Shown here piece after piece: positions 23,910 to 36,764 of a DNA stretch of 64,000 bases. The DNA lies in contig NW_021834219.1 of assembly GCF_006345805.1 (NCBI RefSeq), positions 36,310 through 100,309 of the forward strand. The letters are read 5' to 3'. The position numbers were made by a program, and so were the translations under genes. Below the pieces are notes generated by a model, which was given only the letters and a program-made list of their open reading frames with translations, did no database searches and was not told the origin of the DNA. Origin of the DNA: Octopus sinensis (Eukaryota). Position 1 is the first letter of the stretch; the number at the start of each line of letters is the position of its first letter.

Positions 23910-25191
23910 ATGGCTAGCCACCAAAAATCCAACAAAAACTGGTCTGATAATGAAGTCGACGTTCTTATCAGCACATGGCATTGCCTTACCCAAACAGAGA
24001 GCATAGGCGCTTCGTGTCTGAACGAAATTGCTAAACGAACAGTTCACCATTTGCAAACTCGATCTGAACAGCAGATACAAAATAAATTAAAACAAATCGA
24101 AGTTGCTTTTAAATTAATAAATAAACACTTCGATAAACTGAGATGTGTTTTCTCTTCGAACGCATCACCGGCGCAACAACAGCAACCTGAACAACAAACT
24201 CAGCGGCAACAACAACAACAACAGCTACAGCAACAACAACAACTTCAGCAGCATCAACAACAACCTCAACAACAACCTCAACAACAACCTCAGCGGCAAC
24301 AACAACAGTCTGAACCACTCCTTGATTCATCTACAATGGCCGATTTGCTAAACGAAACGATTGACCCCCCCCCTAGTCATCAGGGTCACACAACAGGAAG
24401 CACCACTCCTTCCTTTCAATGCCCCAGCAGCTCAATCATCATCACTGTCAACATCATCTCCTCTGATTACTACTACTACACCCACTATCGATCCACAAAC
24501 ATCTTTGTCTACCGCTATCTCATGGAATCCACCTCCTCAATCACCCTCACTGTCAACATCTCTTCTGCCTACTACTACTACTACTACTACTACTACTAAT
24601 GCTATCTCAAGGAGTCTACCTCCTACAGATCACAAAGGTCGCCAAAACTTCAACAAACTATCATCTATACCTCTCACAACTCACACACGCACCTACACAC
24701 CCACTCGAAACCCCATCATTTGCCGATATTCTCTTCGCCATAGATTATGCACTGATAGAGACTGCAAATTCACCCATTTACCTGGAACAAAACGCTCAAT
24801 CCCCACAAACTACAACAGCCACCACCATAATACATACTCTATTACAACACCACCACAACCACCAATATCTCAAACAAGGAATCCTCAAATCTGCCGCTAT
24901 TCCCAGCGAGACAGATTGTGTTTTCACAGGGATTGCCCCTTTACCCATCTCCCGGGGACTCGTCGGACAAATGATAAGATAAATAAAAATAAAAGCAAAA
25001 AAACCTACGACTCATATAGAAATAACCACTCATATAAAAATAACCACAACCACCGTCACCTACAGTTCCCTAGACAGGAAACTTCTTCCTCTTTTTTAGC
25101 TATAATGAATCTAGCAAAAGAACTGGAAAAAAACATCCGAGCCATCACCCACCACCATCCACCACTATCACCCCACTGCACATGCCATTAA
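23910..25191 (+). pseudogene. LINE ORF1: Myb/SANT-like N-terminus, polyQ, S/T/P linker, 2x CCCH zinc fingers (one frameshift at the C9 run ~24365)
   Basis: 'NWSDNEVDVLISTW..EIAKR..RSEQQIQNKLKQI'; 'CRYSLRHRLCTDRDCKFTH' and 'CRYSQRDRLCFHRDCPFTH' (C-x8-C-x4-C-x3-H). Removing one C fuses the two ORF-track frames into ~426 aa. Confidence 0.75.
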
Positions 25192-28108
25192 AAAGCAAAC
25201 AAATAAGCAAAACACCAAAACAATTAAAACAATCCACTCTCGCCTCAACATTTTTGCTTAACGCCAAAAGCATCAGCCCTACCACCAATACTCAAAAATG
25301 GAAAATAAAATTCCTGGAGGACTGGGTTGATGCCCATCCAAACCACATCCCTTTCTTCGTCCTCACCGAAACCCATCTTAGTAACCTCCACTTGGAAGCC
25401 GAGGTAAAAGTTAAAAACTTCAAAGCCATTCGTGCTGATCGTGCTGGCAGAAGAAAGGGTGGGACTGCCATTTATGTTCATGATTCTTTCTCAACAGAGG
25501 CTATGAACATATTTTCCAATGGATACTGCGAAGCAGTCGCTGTATTCAGTCAAACCAACAACTTAATAGTAATTGGGCTCTACAGACCACCCCAAACGCC
25601 CCTACCATGCTTCAAGGAATGCCTCAATAACATAAAGTGTTTCATTCAGCAGTATCAATCTGACAACATCTTAATGATGGGGGACTTCAATCTCCCTGGA
25701 GTTGACTGGTCTACAAACAGTCTGCCGCCAGGTTCTTCTGTCTCAACCCCTGACAGGGAGGCAGTGGAATCGCTTCATGATTTCATGGATGTTTTCTTCC
25801 TGTCCCAACTGGTGCTCGAACCAACGAGATGTCACAAAAACGTCCTAGACTTAATTTTCAGCAATCACACTGACACTATGCACAATATTGCAGTGGAGAA
25901 AACTCTACTCTCTGATCATGACATGGTTCTCTGTGATCTGAGATTTCACCGGCCAAAATGCAAAACAAACGTCATCCCTCCTGTCCATCCATTTGACACT
26001 ATGGATTGCCACAACGCAAACTGGGACGCGATCATTAATGATCTTGCACAAGTCGTTTGGTCCTTCACGTACACATACACACCCACTAACATCAAAAACA
26101 TCGAAAAGTCCTGGCAGTCATTTGTAGGCACCATTACGAACATATGTGCAAAAGACACCCCATTAAGATCTGCAAACAAATCTAAGTGCAGAATCGCTGG
26201 AAATAGAAAAACTCTCATCAGGAAAATTAAAAGAATTAACAAAAAAAATCAACAAGCTGAAATACTGTCAACAGCAACACACCAACCTGACTGCCATCAC
26301 GTCACTAGAGATTAAAAAACATAACCTCCAAAACAACATGATGTTTATCATCAATAGTCAGAGAAGAGTTGAAGAGGCCTGGGCCATTGAGAAGATCAAA
26401 CTTAATCCAAAAGTGTTCTTCTCATTTGCAAAAAAAACACAAAGTTACTGGCTCCACTGTTGGCCCTCTGATTGATGAAAATGGTACTCTTCAAGACAAT
26501 GCCAAAACCATGGGAGAGATATTGCAGAAACAATATTGCTCTGTTTTCAGCAATCCTGATATGGCTGATCAGGGCTGTATCACTGATGTTACTCCCCAAT
26601 ACACTTTATCGGACATAACCTTTGGCGCTCCTGATGTCTTAACAGCGATAAAGGAAATGAAGCATAATTCAGCAGTAGGTCCCGATAGATTCCCTGCTTG
26701 TGTCTTGAAGATGTGTCAACACCAACTTGCACCCCCTCTAGCCAATCTGTGGCGGACTCACTGGATGCTGGATATATACCAGAAAACCTTCTATCCCAGT
26801 CTGCTGTCCCAGTTTTCAAAGAAGGAAACAAATCCCTTGCCGTGAATTACTGTCCAATCTCACTCACCTCTCATATCATTAAGGTATTTGAGAGAGTGAT
26901 GAGATCGCGTATGACTCACTTCCTTGAGAGTCATAATATGCTGAACTCCAACCAGCATGGATTCCGTAATGGAAGGGATTGCCTGACGCAGCTACTGCAT
27001 CACTTCGATGACATTTTGAGAGCCTTGGGAGAGGGATCCAACTCTGATGTCATCTACCTTGATTTCAGCAAGGCCTTTGACAGGGTTGATCATAAGATCC
27101 TTCTGAGAAAGCTGTCCAATATTGGTGTCACTGGAAAGCTGCTGCAGTGGATCAAGTGCTTCCTGTCTAACAGAACCCAACATGTTGTAGTCGAAGGAGT
27201 CAAATCCAGCCCAGCCAAAGTCAGTAGTGGTGTCCCACAAGGCACAGTGTTAGGCCCACTTATCTTCATCATCTACATTAATGACATCACTGACATCATC
27301 AAACACAGTAACATCCGAATCTTCGCTGATGATTCCAAGCTCCAGAAGGTTATCAATGGCGTGGATGACCGGGTAAACCTTCAGTCAGATCTACTGACTG
27401 TTGTCCAATGGGCGGAAAAGAGCAACATGTTGCTAAACGAAGAAAAATTCGAATTGATCTACTTTGGAAGGGAGAACTGTGGACTACAACATAAACTGGG
27501 CTACACATATAAGCAGCAAAGTTGACATGGCCCGCAGAATGTGTTCCTGGATTCTCAGAACCTTCCAGTCGAGAGATTCCCACACCACTATCCTTCTCTT
27601 CTCCAATTTTGCCCGACCTCACCTTGAATACTGCTGTCCACTGTGGTCTCCCTACACGAAACGGAATATTATGAAAGTTGAAGGTCCCCAAAGGTCAATC
27701 ACGAAAAAGACAGATGGCATGTCAGACCTTGACTACTGAAGTCGACTGGAAAAGCTGAAACTGTATTCACTCCAACGACGCCGTGAACGCTATATTATCT
27801 GTATGATGTGGAAAATATTCCATCAGCACTGTCCAAATGATGTTGGTATCACCTTCAAAATACATCCAAGACTTGGACCCCGTGCCATCCGTCCACAACA
27901 AAAATTTAAATCGCATCTCATAACAACAATGCAGCACAATTATTTCACCTCAATTGGACCTGCTCTCTTCAACATTACACCAGGACACGTCAAAACAGAA
28001 ACTGACCACATAAAATTCAAGAAGTCTTTGGACAAATTCCTTCAAACAGTCCCGGACAAACCACCCACACCCGGATATGTCTCCACAAACAATAACTCTC
28101 TGCTCTAA
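25182..28108 (+). pseudogene. LINE ORF2 (APE endonuclease + reverse transcriptase), disrupted
   Basis: APE motifs LNAKSI, LTETHL, GLYRPP, GDFNLP, LDLIF, SDHDMV. RT motifs PISLTS, QHGFR, DFSKAFD, GVPQGTVLGP, FADDSK. Frameshifts ~26245, ~26430, ~26755; deletion ~27476; stop ~27737. Confidence 0.92.
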
Positions 28109-28207
28109 TGGGGCTTGGTGCCCAAATCCTGAATTGAAAGACTTCGCCAGGTTGTGCTATTAAGTTAGACATGGCCTGGGCCAATACTGGCCAAAACCTT
28201 TCTAAGT

Positions 28208-28242
<35 letters not shown>

Positions 28243-28253
28243 ATGTATGTGTG

Positions 28254-28330
<77 letters not shown>

Positions 28331-28384
28331 ATGTATGTGTATATATATATCCACACGCACACACAAATATATCTATATCTTTAT

Positions 28385-28597
28385 GTCTGTGTTTGTCCTC
28401 CACTACCGTTTGACACCGGTGTAGGTGTGTTTGTCTCGCCGTAAATTAGCCGTTCGGCATAAAGAGCCCGATGGAATAAGTAGCAGACTTTAAAAATACT
28501 AAGTACTAGGATCGATTCATTTGAATAAAAATTCTCCAAGGCGGTTCCCCCTGCATGGCCGCAGCGTAATGACTGAGACAAAGAAAAAATAAGATAT
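28385..28597 (+). mobile_element. SINE family C 3' half
   Basis: TTTGTCCTCCAC..TTAGCCGTTCGGCA..GAATAAGTA..GATCGATTCATT..CATGGCCGCAG..ATGACTGAGACAA. Confidence 0.7.
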
Positions 28598-28956
28598 ACT
28601 TATGTGTGTGTATGTATAGGTGTGTGTCTATGTATATATTTGCACTTCGTTCTCTAAATTTCCATCACACAATATGATCTGCTAAACTCTAGCATGTTCG
28701 GCTGAACAGAGCCAATTCTCTAAAACAAGCAAAATAAAGTAAAAGCAAAAATAATAAAAAGTAGTCTGTATTGACGAGAAATGCACTCAATGCATTATTA
28801 GTTCGTTTCCGTAAACAATGTTTATTTCTCTCTATCATAAATATTTATCTTGCTTATACTACGAGACAACTCACACCACAAACCACAAAATATTTAAGTA
28901 AGTATTCCTTAAAAGAATTAGCTTTCAACTTCGCCTGTTGAGTTTAATGAGCAACA

Positions 28957-29023
<67 letters not shown>

Positions 29024-30739
29024 TAGATATATAGATAGATAGATAGATGATAGATAGATATAGATATGCATATGTATATGTATGCATGAATGGATGGATT
29101 TATGTATGTATATACGTGTACATGTATATATACGTATTTATGTGTATGTATGTTCTCTTTCGCTTGTTGAGTTTAATGAGCAACAGTATATATATATATA
29201 TATATAATATATATATGTATACGTATATGGATGGATGGATGGATTTATGTATGCATGTATATACGTGTACATGTATATATACGAATTTATGTGTTTGTAT
29301 GTTCTTTTTCTTTACGCAGGCGCAAAATTTAGAATACAAGAGGAGATAATAAAGAAAAAAATGTAAAGTAAATTTTTGCCCAATCTGATTTTCAAACGTT
29401 AATCAAATTTAGGTGGTATTCATCATGCAAATTATAAAGACTCTATTGGCATGAAAGAAAAAAGAAGAAACAAACAAAATTCTGATTTGATTATGCAAAT
29501 TATAAATATCTAAGGACACTGAATTGTAGAGATATTTTAGTTGGTAATGAAAGCACTAAAAATTTAAAGAATCTGGTTATGTTACCTGAATAATTGTTTG
29601 TCCAATTACTTATTAAAAATGGATGCCATCCATTAGGTTGTTTTTACCAGATTTTTCTCTATTGTTTATAAACAATCTTGTTATCTTAAATATTTCATTG
29701 TTTTCGTTGTTTTTCTTTTTATTGTTCAGAATTTTACTTTGTTGTTATTGCTTTCATGTTGCCCTGTGTGCGCGTGTGTGCGTTTGTGTGCGCATACATG
29801 TGTGCGTACATGCGCGTGCGTGCGTTTGTATATGTAAATGAGTGTGTATGTATCCGCATGAATTTTGTTTTGCGTATGTATGTTCTTTAATAGAATTCTG
29901 GTTTAAGGCTCCCTATAGAACCCCTCATAACTTTTTATATTTAAAATTTAAAAAAAAAAATTTTTAGCAAATTTGTATTCTACATATGAGAATTCGTATG
30001 ATTATGAAAAACAACTTTGTGGGAGTGTGATATAAGGATGATTTAGCTGTTATTTGTAGTACATCTCACGACCACCTGACATCTTCCTCGTTACTTAGCC
30101 TCTCTGACATATACTGATGTTTTCCAATATGTTTCTACTTATAGACATATCTAATGAGATGATGATGTACCAAAGAGTAGACCATTGCTGGGAATTCTGG
30201 TTTAAGCATTCCCTGTAATCTCTCTTTACCTTTTGTGTAAAACTTTTCGAAAAAAGTTTGCCAATTTGTATTCTACACACAGAAATTCATACGATTATGA
30301 AAAATATTTTTTCCTAATTTTTACCCCCACTCTTTCCCCATAAAGTTTTAGATTTTTAAAAAATCAGAGTTTAAAATACGGAGAGTCCGAAGTTTTGACT
30401 ATGAAAAGAAAAATAATGAAAAACATCAATACGTGTCAGAGTGAAAAAGAAGCGACGACGATAACAGGTGGTCGTGGAAGGTGATAAAAACAGCAGCTAA
30501 ATCGCCTTTAAATCACACACCTCCTCCACCTGCACCACCATCAAATAGCCACCAGTATTAGCACCACAACCGCCACCATCTCCACCACCACTACCACCAC
30601 CGCCGCAACCATCATCTTCACCACCTTCTCCACCACCATCTCTACCACCATCTCCACTACCACTGCCACGACCACCATCCCTATCACCTCTATCCACTGC
30701 TACTATCACCACCAGTAGATCTCTCTGAAGTTCCAATTC

Positions 30740-31256
30740 GGTTCTAAGCAGAATTATCAGAATTGTAACATGGTGAAGCAGTGATTATTTTGTTCAAAAT
30801 GAAAGGCACCAAGATGTAGTTATGTGATGAAGTTAAAAGGAAATACCGTAACACTGCCATTTCAGCAAAGGAACTTTTCATTCATTTCCCCACGTCTTAT
30901 TTCGTTGAGTGTGGCTTTAGTGCTGTTAACGATTTGCTTCAAGCCAAGAGGACTTGAAATTGCGAAACGTGTTGATTTACGCTTGAAGCAAACAAAATTG
31001 TCTCCTCACGTTTACTGTCTTAAATCTATATTAACAATTATTACGCAACACTCCCTGCGTAGTCGCCAAGTACAAGATTCCCATTAAAGTCATTCACAAG
31101 TTTTTTTATTAGTCAATAATGTACTTTTTTACTCAGTGCTTAATAAAGTCACTGGTAGATATTTTGTATTGAATTAATGTGATAAAATATTAGAAATAAT
31201 GTTGTTTTATCCACCCAGAGGCCCTAGGGCAAAATAGGTTGGGAAACATTGGTATT
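30740..31256 (+). mobile_element. hAT (Buster/Charlie-like) transposase C-terminal remnant with 3' TIR-like end
   Basis: 'FPTSYFVECGFSAVNDLLQAKR..DLRLKQTKLSP..RQVQDSH'; AGGTTGGGAAACATTG at ~31237-31252. Confidence 0.8.
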
Positions 31257-32257
31257 GTGTATGACTCTATCCTTCCCTTCATCTGTTGAGGCACATTTTT
31301 ATAAGTACTAAAAAAAGAAAATTAGAGCTATCAATAATAGTTTTTGTAGGATGAAAAATGAACAAATAATTATTTTTACATGAAAGTCAATGTAAACTGC
31401 GCATGTCTTGTAAAGGATCAGTTGCAGTTTCTAAAAAAAATTTTAAAATACAATACGGACATTTCTATATGCTTAAATAATACGAATAACAAAAGACCAT
31501 CCGCATTTAGGAAATCTATCATTTTTAAAAGGATATGTATGCAAACAGTCGTCTATCTTCGAAACACATGAGTGAAAATATGAAAATCCTGGAGTAATAG
31601 AGGAAAATTATGAATTGTATGATGCTAATTCAAAAGACAGTTGAACATGTATTGAAGGTGAGTTTGTTAAAGTGTAATGTTTTGCTGATGGAACTTTCAA
31701 TTGTATATATAAACAAAACCCACTTCATATTGTCTGAGAATAGTAATTTATCACTGATGACAGTTCTGACCAAATAAAAACAGCGTAGCTAACAAAAATC
31801 CATGCATGTTTGATATAAGCAGATTTTGTATTTTACTCGTAGCTCGAGATGCGACAACAGATACGGCAAATACAAGGTTATTGGTCATATTTGTATGAGG
31901 GACAACGGAACATTTTACGAGATGAGAAGGTTTGTATATTTTAAAATTGATTTATTTGCATTAATATCGAAATCACTTATTGCTGATGCCAAATCTCCGA
32001 TCAGCGAGTTCACACCGTTCAGCTTGGTACACACATCACACAGCATTGCGTACACATCTGCCCACTCCATACATACTAGCACCCAGCATCTTCCACTACC
32101 ACAGCGCACACCATTATGCATCCACTCACACTCTCCAATGACCTCAACACTATACGAACACCCCTACACACTGTTCGAATCATTATTTAAGTAACTTCAA
32201 ATCTAGTTACCCCTAAAAGATTAGTAAATAGTTTTCCATTGCTGTAGCCTAATATAT

Positions 32258-32310
<53 letters not shown>

Positions 32311-32345
32311 CATATATGTATATGTATATATATAATATATATATA

Positions 32346-32395
<50 letters not shown>

Positions 32396-32426
32396 ATCAA
32401 AATAAAAACATGATGCCAAGGATTCA

Positions 32427-32504
32427 GCGGTACATAAGTTTCGGGCCTTTATTAGACAGATTTATAACAATGCATAATGTATGTCTGTGGCCTTCTTCAG
32501 CCGC
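32427..32504 (-). ncRNA. Type I hammerhead-like motif with extended stem II
   Basis: GCGG-CTGAAGA-A-GGCC-ACAGA..TCTGT..-GGCC-C-GAAA-C-ttat-G-TA-CCGC: canonical core, perfect 4-bp stem I, GUA triplet. Confidence 0.65.
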
Positions 32505-32637
32505 GCACAACAACTTCCGCAAGGACATGTGTTACATCAAAAATTCTTGGTTGGGGATGCAAATCCTCTCATTCGCGTACGACATAATGCGGCAACAGCA
32601 TAGAATGAAGCGTCCATCTCTTTCTTCTCTCAATGTA

Positions 32638-32681
<44 letters not shown>

Positions 32682-32690
32682 ATATATACA

Positions 32691-32804
<114 letters not shown>

Positions 32805-32815
32805 CTATATATACA

Positions 32816-32909
<94 letters not shown>

Positions 32910-33067
32910 ATATATATATTATATATATAAAGTTAATCCAAACAAGAAAACAAAAACAAAAAAACACAACAACGCAAGGACGTGGAACAAATAAAGTATC
33001 ATTGGACGCTCAGGAAAGAAGGGAAGACAGGGGAAAAATCGCTAGTGGTACAGACGAGGTCACACAC

Positions 33068-33121
<54 letters not shown>

Positions 33122-33359
33122 TATAATATATATATCAGAATATCTGAAGAAGGATATTATTCCGAAATATCATATCAGACAACAGATGACTAAATTACAA
33201 CAGGTATATAGCCCATTGTCTGTATTTAAGTGCATTGTTGTACCATTCAAAACTTTTTATTCTTTACAAACTATACACAATGCTTCAAGCAAACTACAAT
33301 ACTCTCCTATATATATATATATATATATATATCGCAGTAAATGCAGTGTTTACGAATAA

Positions 33360-36097
33360 TCACAATTTAGGTTAGTTGAAATACATTTGTCACATTTTTC
33401 AACTGCTAAAGGCTAATACACTGCAGTTACCATGGAGAAAAAAATCTCTCTTATTGTAAAAGGTGTGAAGGCACCTCGTTCGTTCAGTGTCGCCCAATCT
33501 CGAGAATCTGATACATCGATGTTTCTAGTTTGTTGATTCTTGTCTATCAGATGTACCCGAGAAGAGATAATTTATTATGATAATTAATATCTGACATAGA
33601 AAACGATAATACAGAACATTACAAACAAATAGTGCGATTATGAGTTCATATTATAATAGTTTTTTTTTTTAAATCGGATGATGGATATAATATTTTAAAA
33701 CTTTTTGTACCTTTTACAAGCAAACCATGACCGTGAAGTCCAGCGACTACACCTTGCTTTTACCAAGAATGAGATTAAGTAGGATCAATCACGCCCAAAC
33801 TCTTTGCTAATCCTTCCATCTTTTCCCGAATATACTTCGCGACAGGTGTTTCCTCTCCAGCCCTGCCTTGCCCTTCAGATGATATCTGAAGTAATACAGC
33901 AAGGGCCGGAGTTCCTGTTGCGACTCCTTTCATTCTAGTTCCCTATACACACTCTTTCAACACTGCTTCAAAAAGCATGCCTCACTTCCCTTTGATAGTC
34001 CGGTTAACGTTACAATCTTTATTACAGACTCAGCTGATAGCTGTACTCTTCCTAGATGCAACAACACGTGTTCTGCGTAAATGATCAAAACCGAAAGCTC
34101 CGGACACTGTACAAGAACGTGTAGAACGGTTTCATCGTCTGGCCTGCATCTTGGGCATGCCGATGGCACTGATATTCCATACCTGAACAATTTTTTGCGA
34201 ACAGGTAACGCACTGCCAGGTCAGAGGGTTTTAGTAGTTATCCAAATACCCAACATCTCCTTGCTTACATCATTAATGTCATCAGGGTATCTCTCTCTCA
34301 ATTCTTGGAACAACTCCACATCCGTTCTCACAACATGGATGTGAGATGGCATGTGTTTTGTTGCTTTATATACACGAGCCTTGTGATGCACTCGAATTAT
34401 TGTTGTGAACACACTATTTTTCGTGAAAAGAAATTATTTTTCTTATGCTTTTTTTTGGCAAAGGCTTTTAACATGAGGGCAGCGTGGGGGATTTTTTCCT
34501 GTGTGTCTGTAGTGTATTTGCTTGTTTTCTTTGTCTGGGAAGGGGAGTCTGGGGCTTGGGCCTTTTTTTCTCTTACCATGATAAAATCCATCTCCGCTTC
34601 CGCCACAAGAGTTGTGTCTTCTGATTTTTTTTCTTGAGATTTTTGTTTCTCTTTTCCCCTTCTTTTCTTCTACTTTTCTTCTTCTTTTTTCTTTCTCTTC
34701 CTTTTCTTGGAGCTCTTTAGTGTTTTCCTTTTGAGGAGGGGCTTCACTCTTTTTTGTTTATTTTCTCGCATTCTGAGCGGACGTGGCCCTTTTCGCCACA
34801 CTTGAAGCATCCCTCGAATGCGACTCTGACGCTCAGCCCCTCGCCTATAAAAACTCTATCGAGCAGCGTTTCTAATACTTCGTTTGAAGCCTGTACCAGC
34901 ATCTCGAGTGTCTGTCCTCTGCAATTCACAGCCTCTCTCTTCTTCATTTGCAGTATCCCCATCTCTTCCTCCATATCGTAAATTACGGCTGCCGCTATCC
35001 ACATCACGTCATACCCTGCTGGTATCTCCTCATTTTTCAACGTTCTCGTTGACACCTCCTTTGCTGTGTTAGTGTTTTGGAACTGGCGCTCCTTATACCA
35101 CGCCCTACCGAAGTAATTCGATTCCAAATTGGTGCCAAATACCTTTCCAATATGATTCTTTTCTCCTTTATATTATATATTTTGTATACCACTGTTCGTG
35201 CCTTCAAACCTAGTACTGTCTCCTGCGGGGGCAGCAATTTGATAACATTTTCATTTTTCTTAATTAAGTTACGGTACTTGAACAATTGTTCCATGGTAAC
35301 ATTCATTTCAATCATGCTACCAACCACTGCGGCCACAAAAATGGGCTTTTCCTTATTTCCTTGTACGTTCTGAGGAATAATTTTCCAATAAAGCATAATT
35401 TTCTTCCCCGTAGGCAGTAAATTACTGTTCACAAAGCGATGACAGTTCAAATCCAACAAGTGTAACAAACAGTTTAACCAACAGTGCAATAAAAATAAAC
35501 ATTAATTTAAACAGAATGAACTCACGAAAGCAGAAGCAGCCAAACGAGATGTAGCCGAAAGAGGCAACCCTGAACGAACCGACAAAAGTTATAGCTTTAT
35601 ATATAATTCAGTCAACACATTGACTGATTTGCGCTAGTAGATTGCCCAATCAAGAAAATATCGGAGTAAATGTGCTAAGCAGTGTTTACGTTTAATCACA
35701 ATTTAGGTTAGCTGAAATATATTTGTCACATATTTCAACTGCTAAAGACAAATACACTGCAGTTACCGTTGAGAAAAATCTCTCTTATTGTAAAAGGTGT
35801 GAAAGCATCTCGTTCGTTCAGTGTTGCACAGTCAATGTGTTGGCTGAATTATATATAAATCTATTAGCTTTGTCAGTTCGTTCAGGGTTGCCCCTCTCGG
35901 GTACATCTGATCAACAAAAGTCAACAAACTCGAAACATCAGAGTCTCAGTTTCCCGAAAGAGCGCGACACTGAACGAACGGGGTATTTTCACACCTTTTT
36001 ACCATAAGAGAGATTCTTTCTTCACCGTAATTGCAGTGTATTTGCCTTTAGCAGTTGAAATATGTGACAAACATATTTCAACTAACCTAAATTGTGA
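33360..36097. repeat. Nested inverted repeats around the Tx1 remnant
   Basis: 33360-33563 inverted with 35894-36097; third direct partial copy at 35680-35826; 35548-35626 inverted with 35829-35907. Confidence 0.8.
33700..35545 (-). mobile_element. Internally deleted Tx1/L1-clade LINE
   Basis: ORF1 knuckle 'CFKCGEKGHVRSEC' (~34767-34808) joined within ~600 bp to the ORF2 C-terminal zf-RVT-like 'ACPRCRPDDETVLHVLVQC'; EN and RT core absent. Confidence 0.75.
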
Positions 36098-36150
<53 letters not shown>

Positions 36151-36157
36151 CATATAT

Positions 36158-36287
36158 ACGACGGGCTTCTTTTAGTTTCCATAGAAGACACTTGCCCAAT
36201 GTGCCACGCAGTGGGACTGAACCCAGAACCATGTGATTAGTAAGCAAGGACGTTAGGAAGCATTTGATTACCACACAGCCACTCCGA
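36158..36287 (-). mobile_element. SINE family C 5' part, internally deleted
   Basis: ACGACGGGCTTCTT..GACACTTGCCCAA.GTGCCACGCAGTGGGACTGAACCC..ACCACACAGCCAC. Confidence 0.75.
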
Positions 36288-36764
36288 CGCTTATACCAAC
36301 TAATTTAAATAGATAAAAGAGTTATTGTATTGAAGAGGTAATTGATTATATATGTTTTGTTTCAGTTATATATAGGAAAAGACTTAGATACTTAATTATA
36401 TACATTTATATACGCACATATATTATTGTTGTATGTTGTGATGACAAGTGACTATCTTGGTCATGAAAGGGTTTCAACTGATATGTGTTTGAGATGTAAT
36501 GAAGTGAATTTCGATGGTTGTGGATTGCACTTGGTTGTATCGTCCGTTAGTGTGTTTTTGTTGTTTTTAAATTGTAACTGATGTATGATTGAATAGTTAA
36601 CGCTCACACTCTTAACACAGACGTTTGAATTCAATTTTACAATCCAGCCGTCCTTTCACACGGAATTTCGTCTTTTTCTAAACTATGACCCTGAAATGAC
36701 TTTATACAAAACGGAACTGTGATTATGTATATCAGAAAAAATATATATAAGTCGAAACAATTTG

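Larger units (their letters stand above)
23630..28208 (+). mobile_element. Near full-length decayed CR1-group LINE
   Basis: 5' UTR, ORF1, APE endonuclease, RT and C-terminal '[16 protein letters not shown]'; 3' UTR ends in (TA)n; the 5' boundary is uncertain. Confidence 0.92.

Noticed and set aside
30497-30736. Gly-rich 79-aa minus-strand ORF
   Set aside because: It comes from a degenerate (CCA)n tract with no supporting gene structure.
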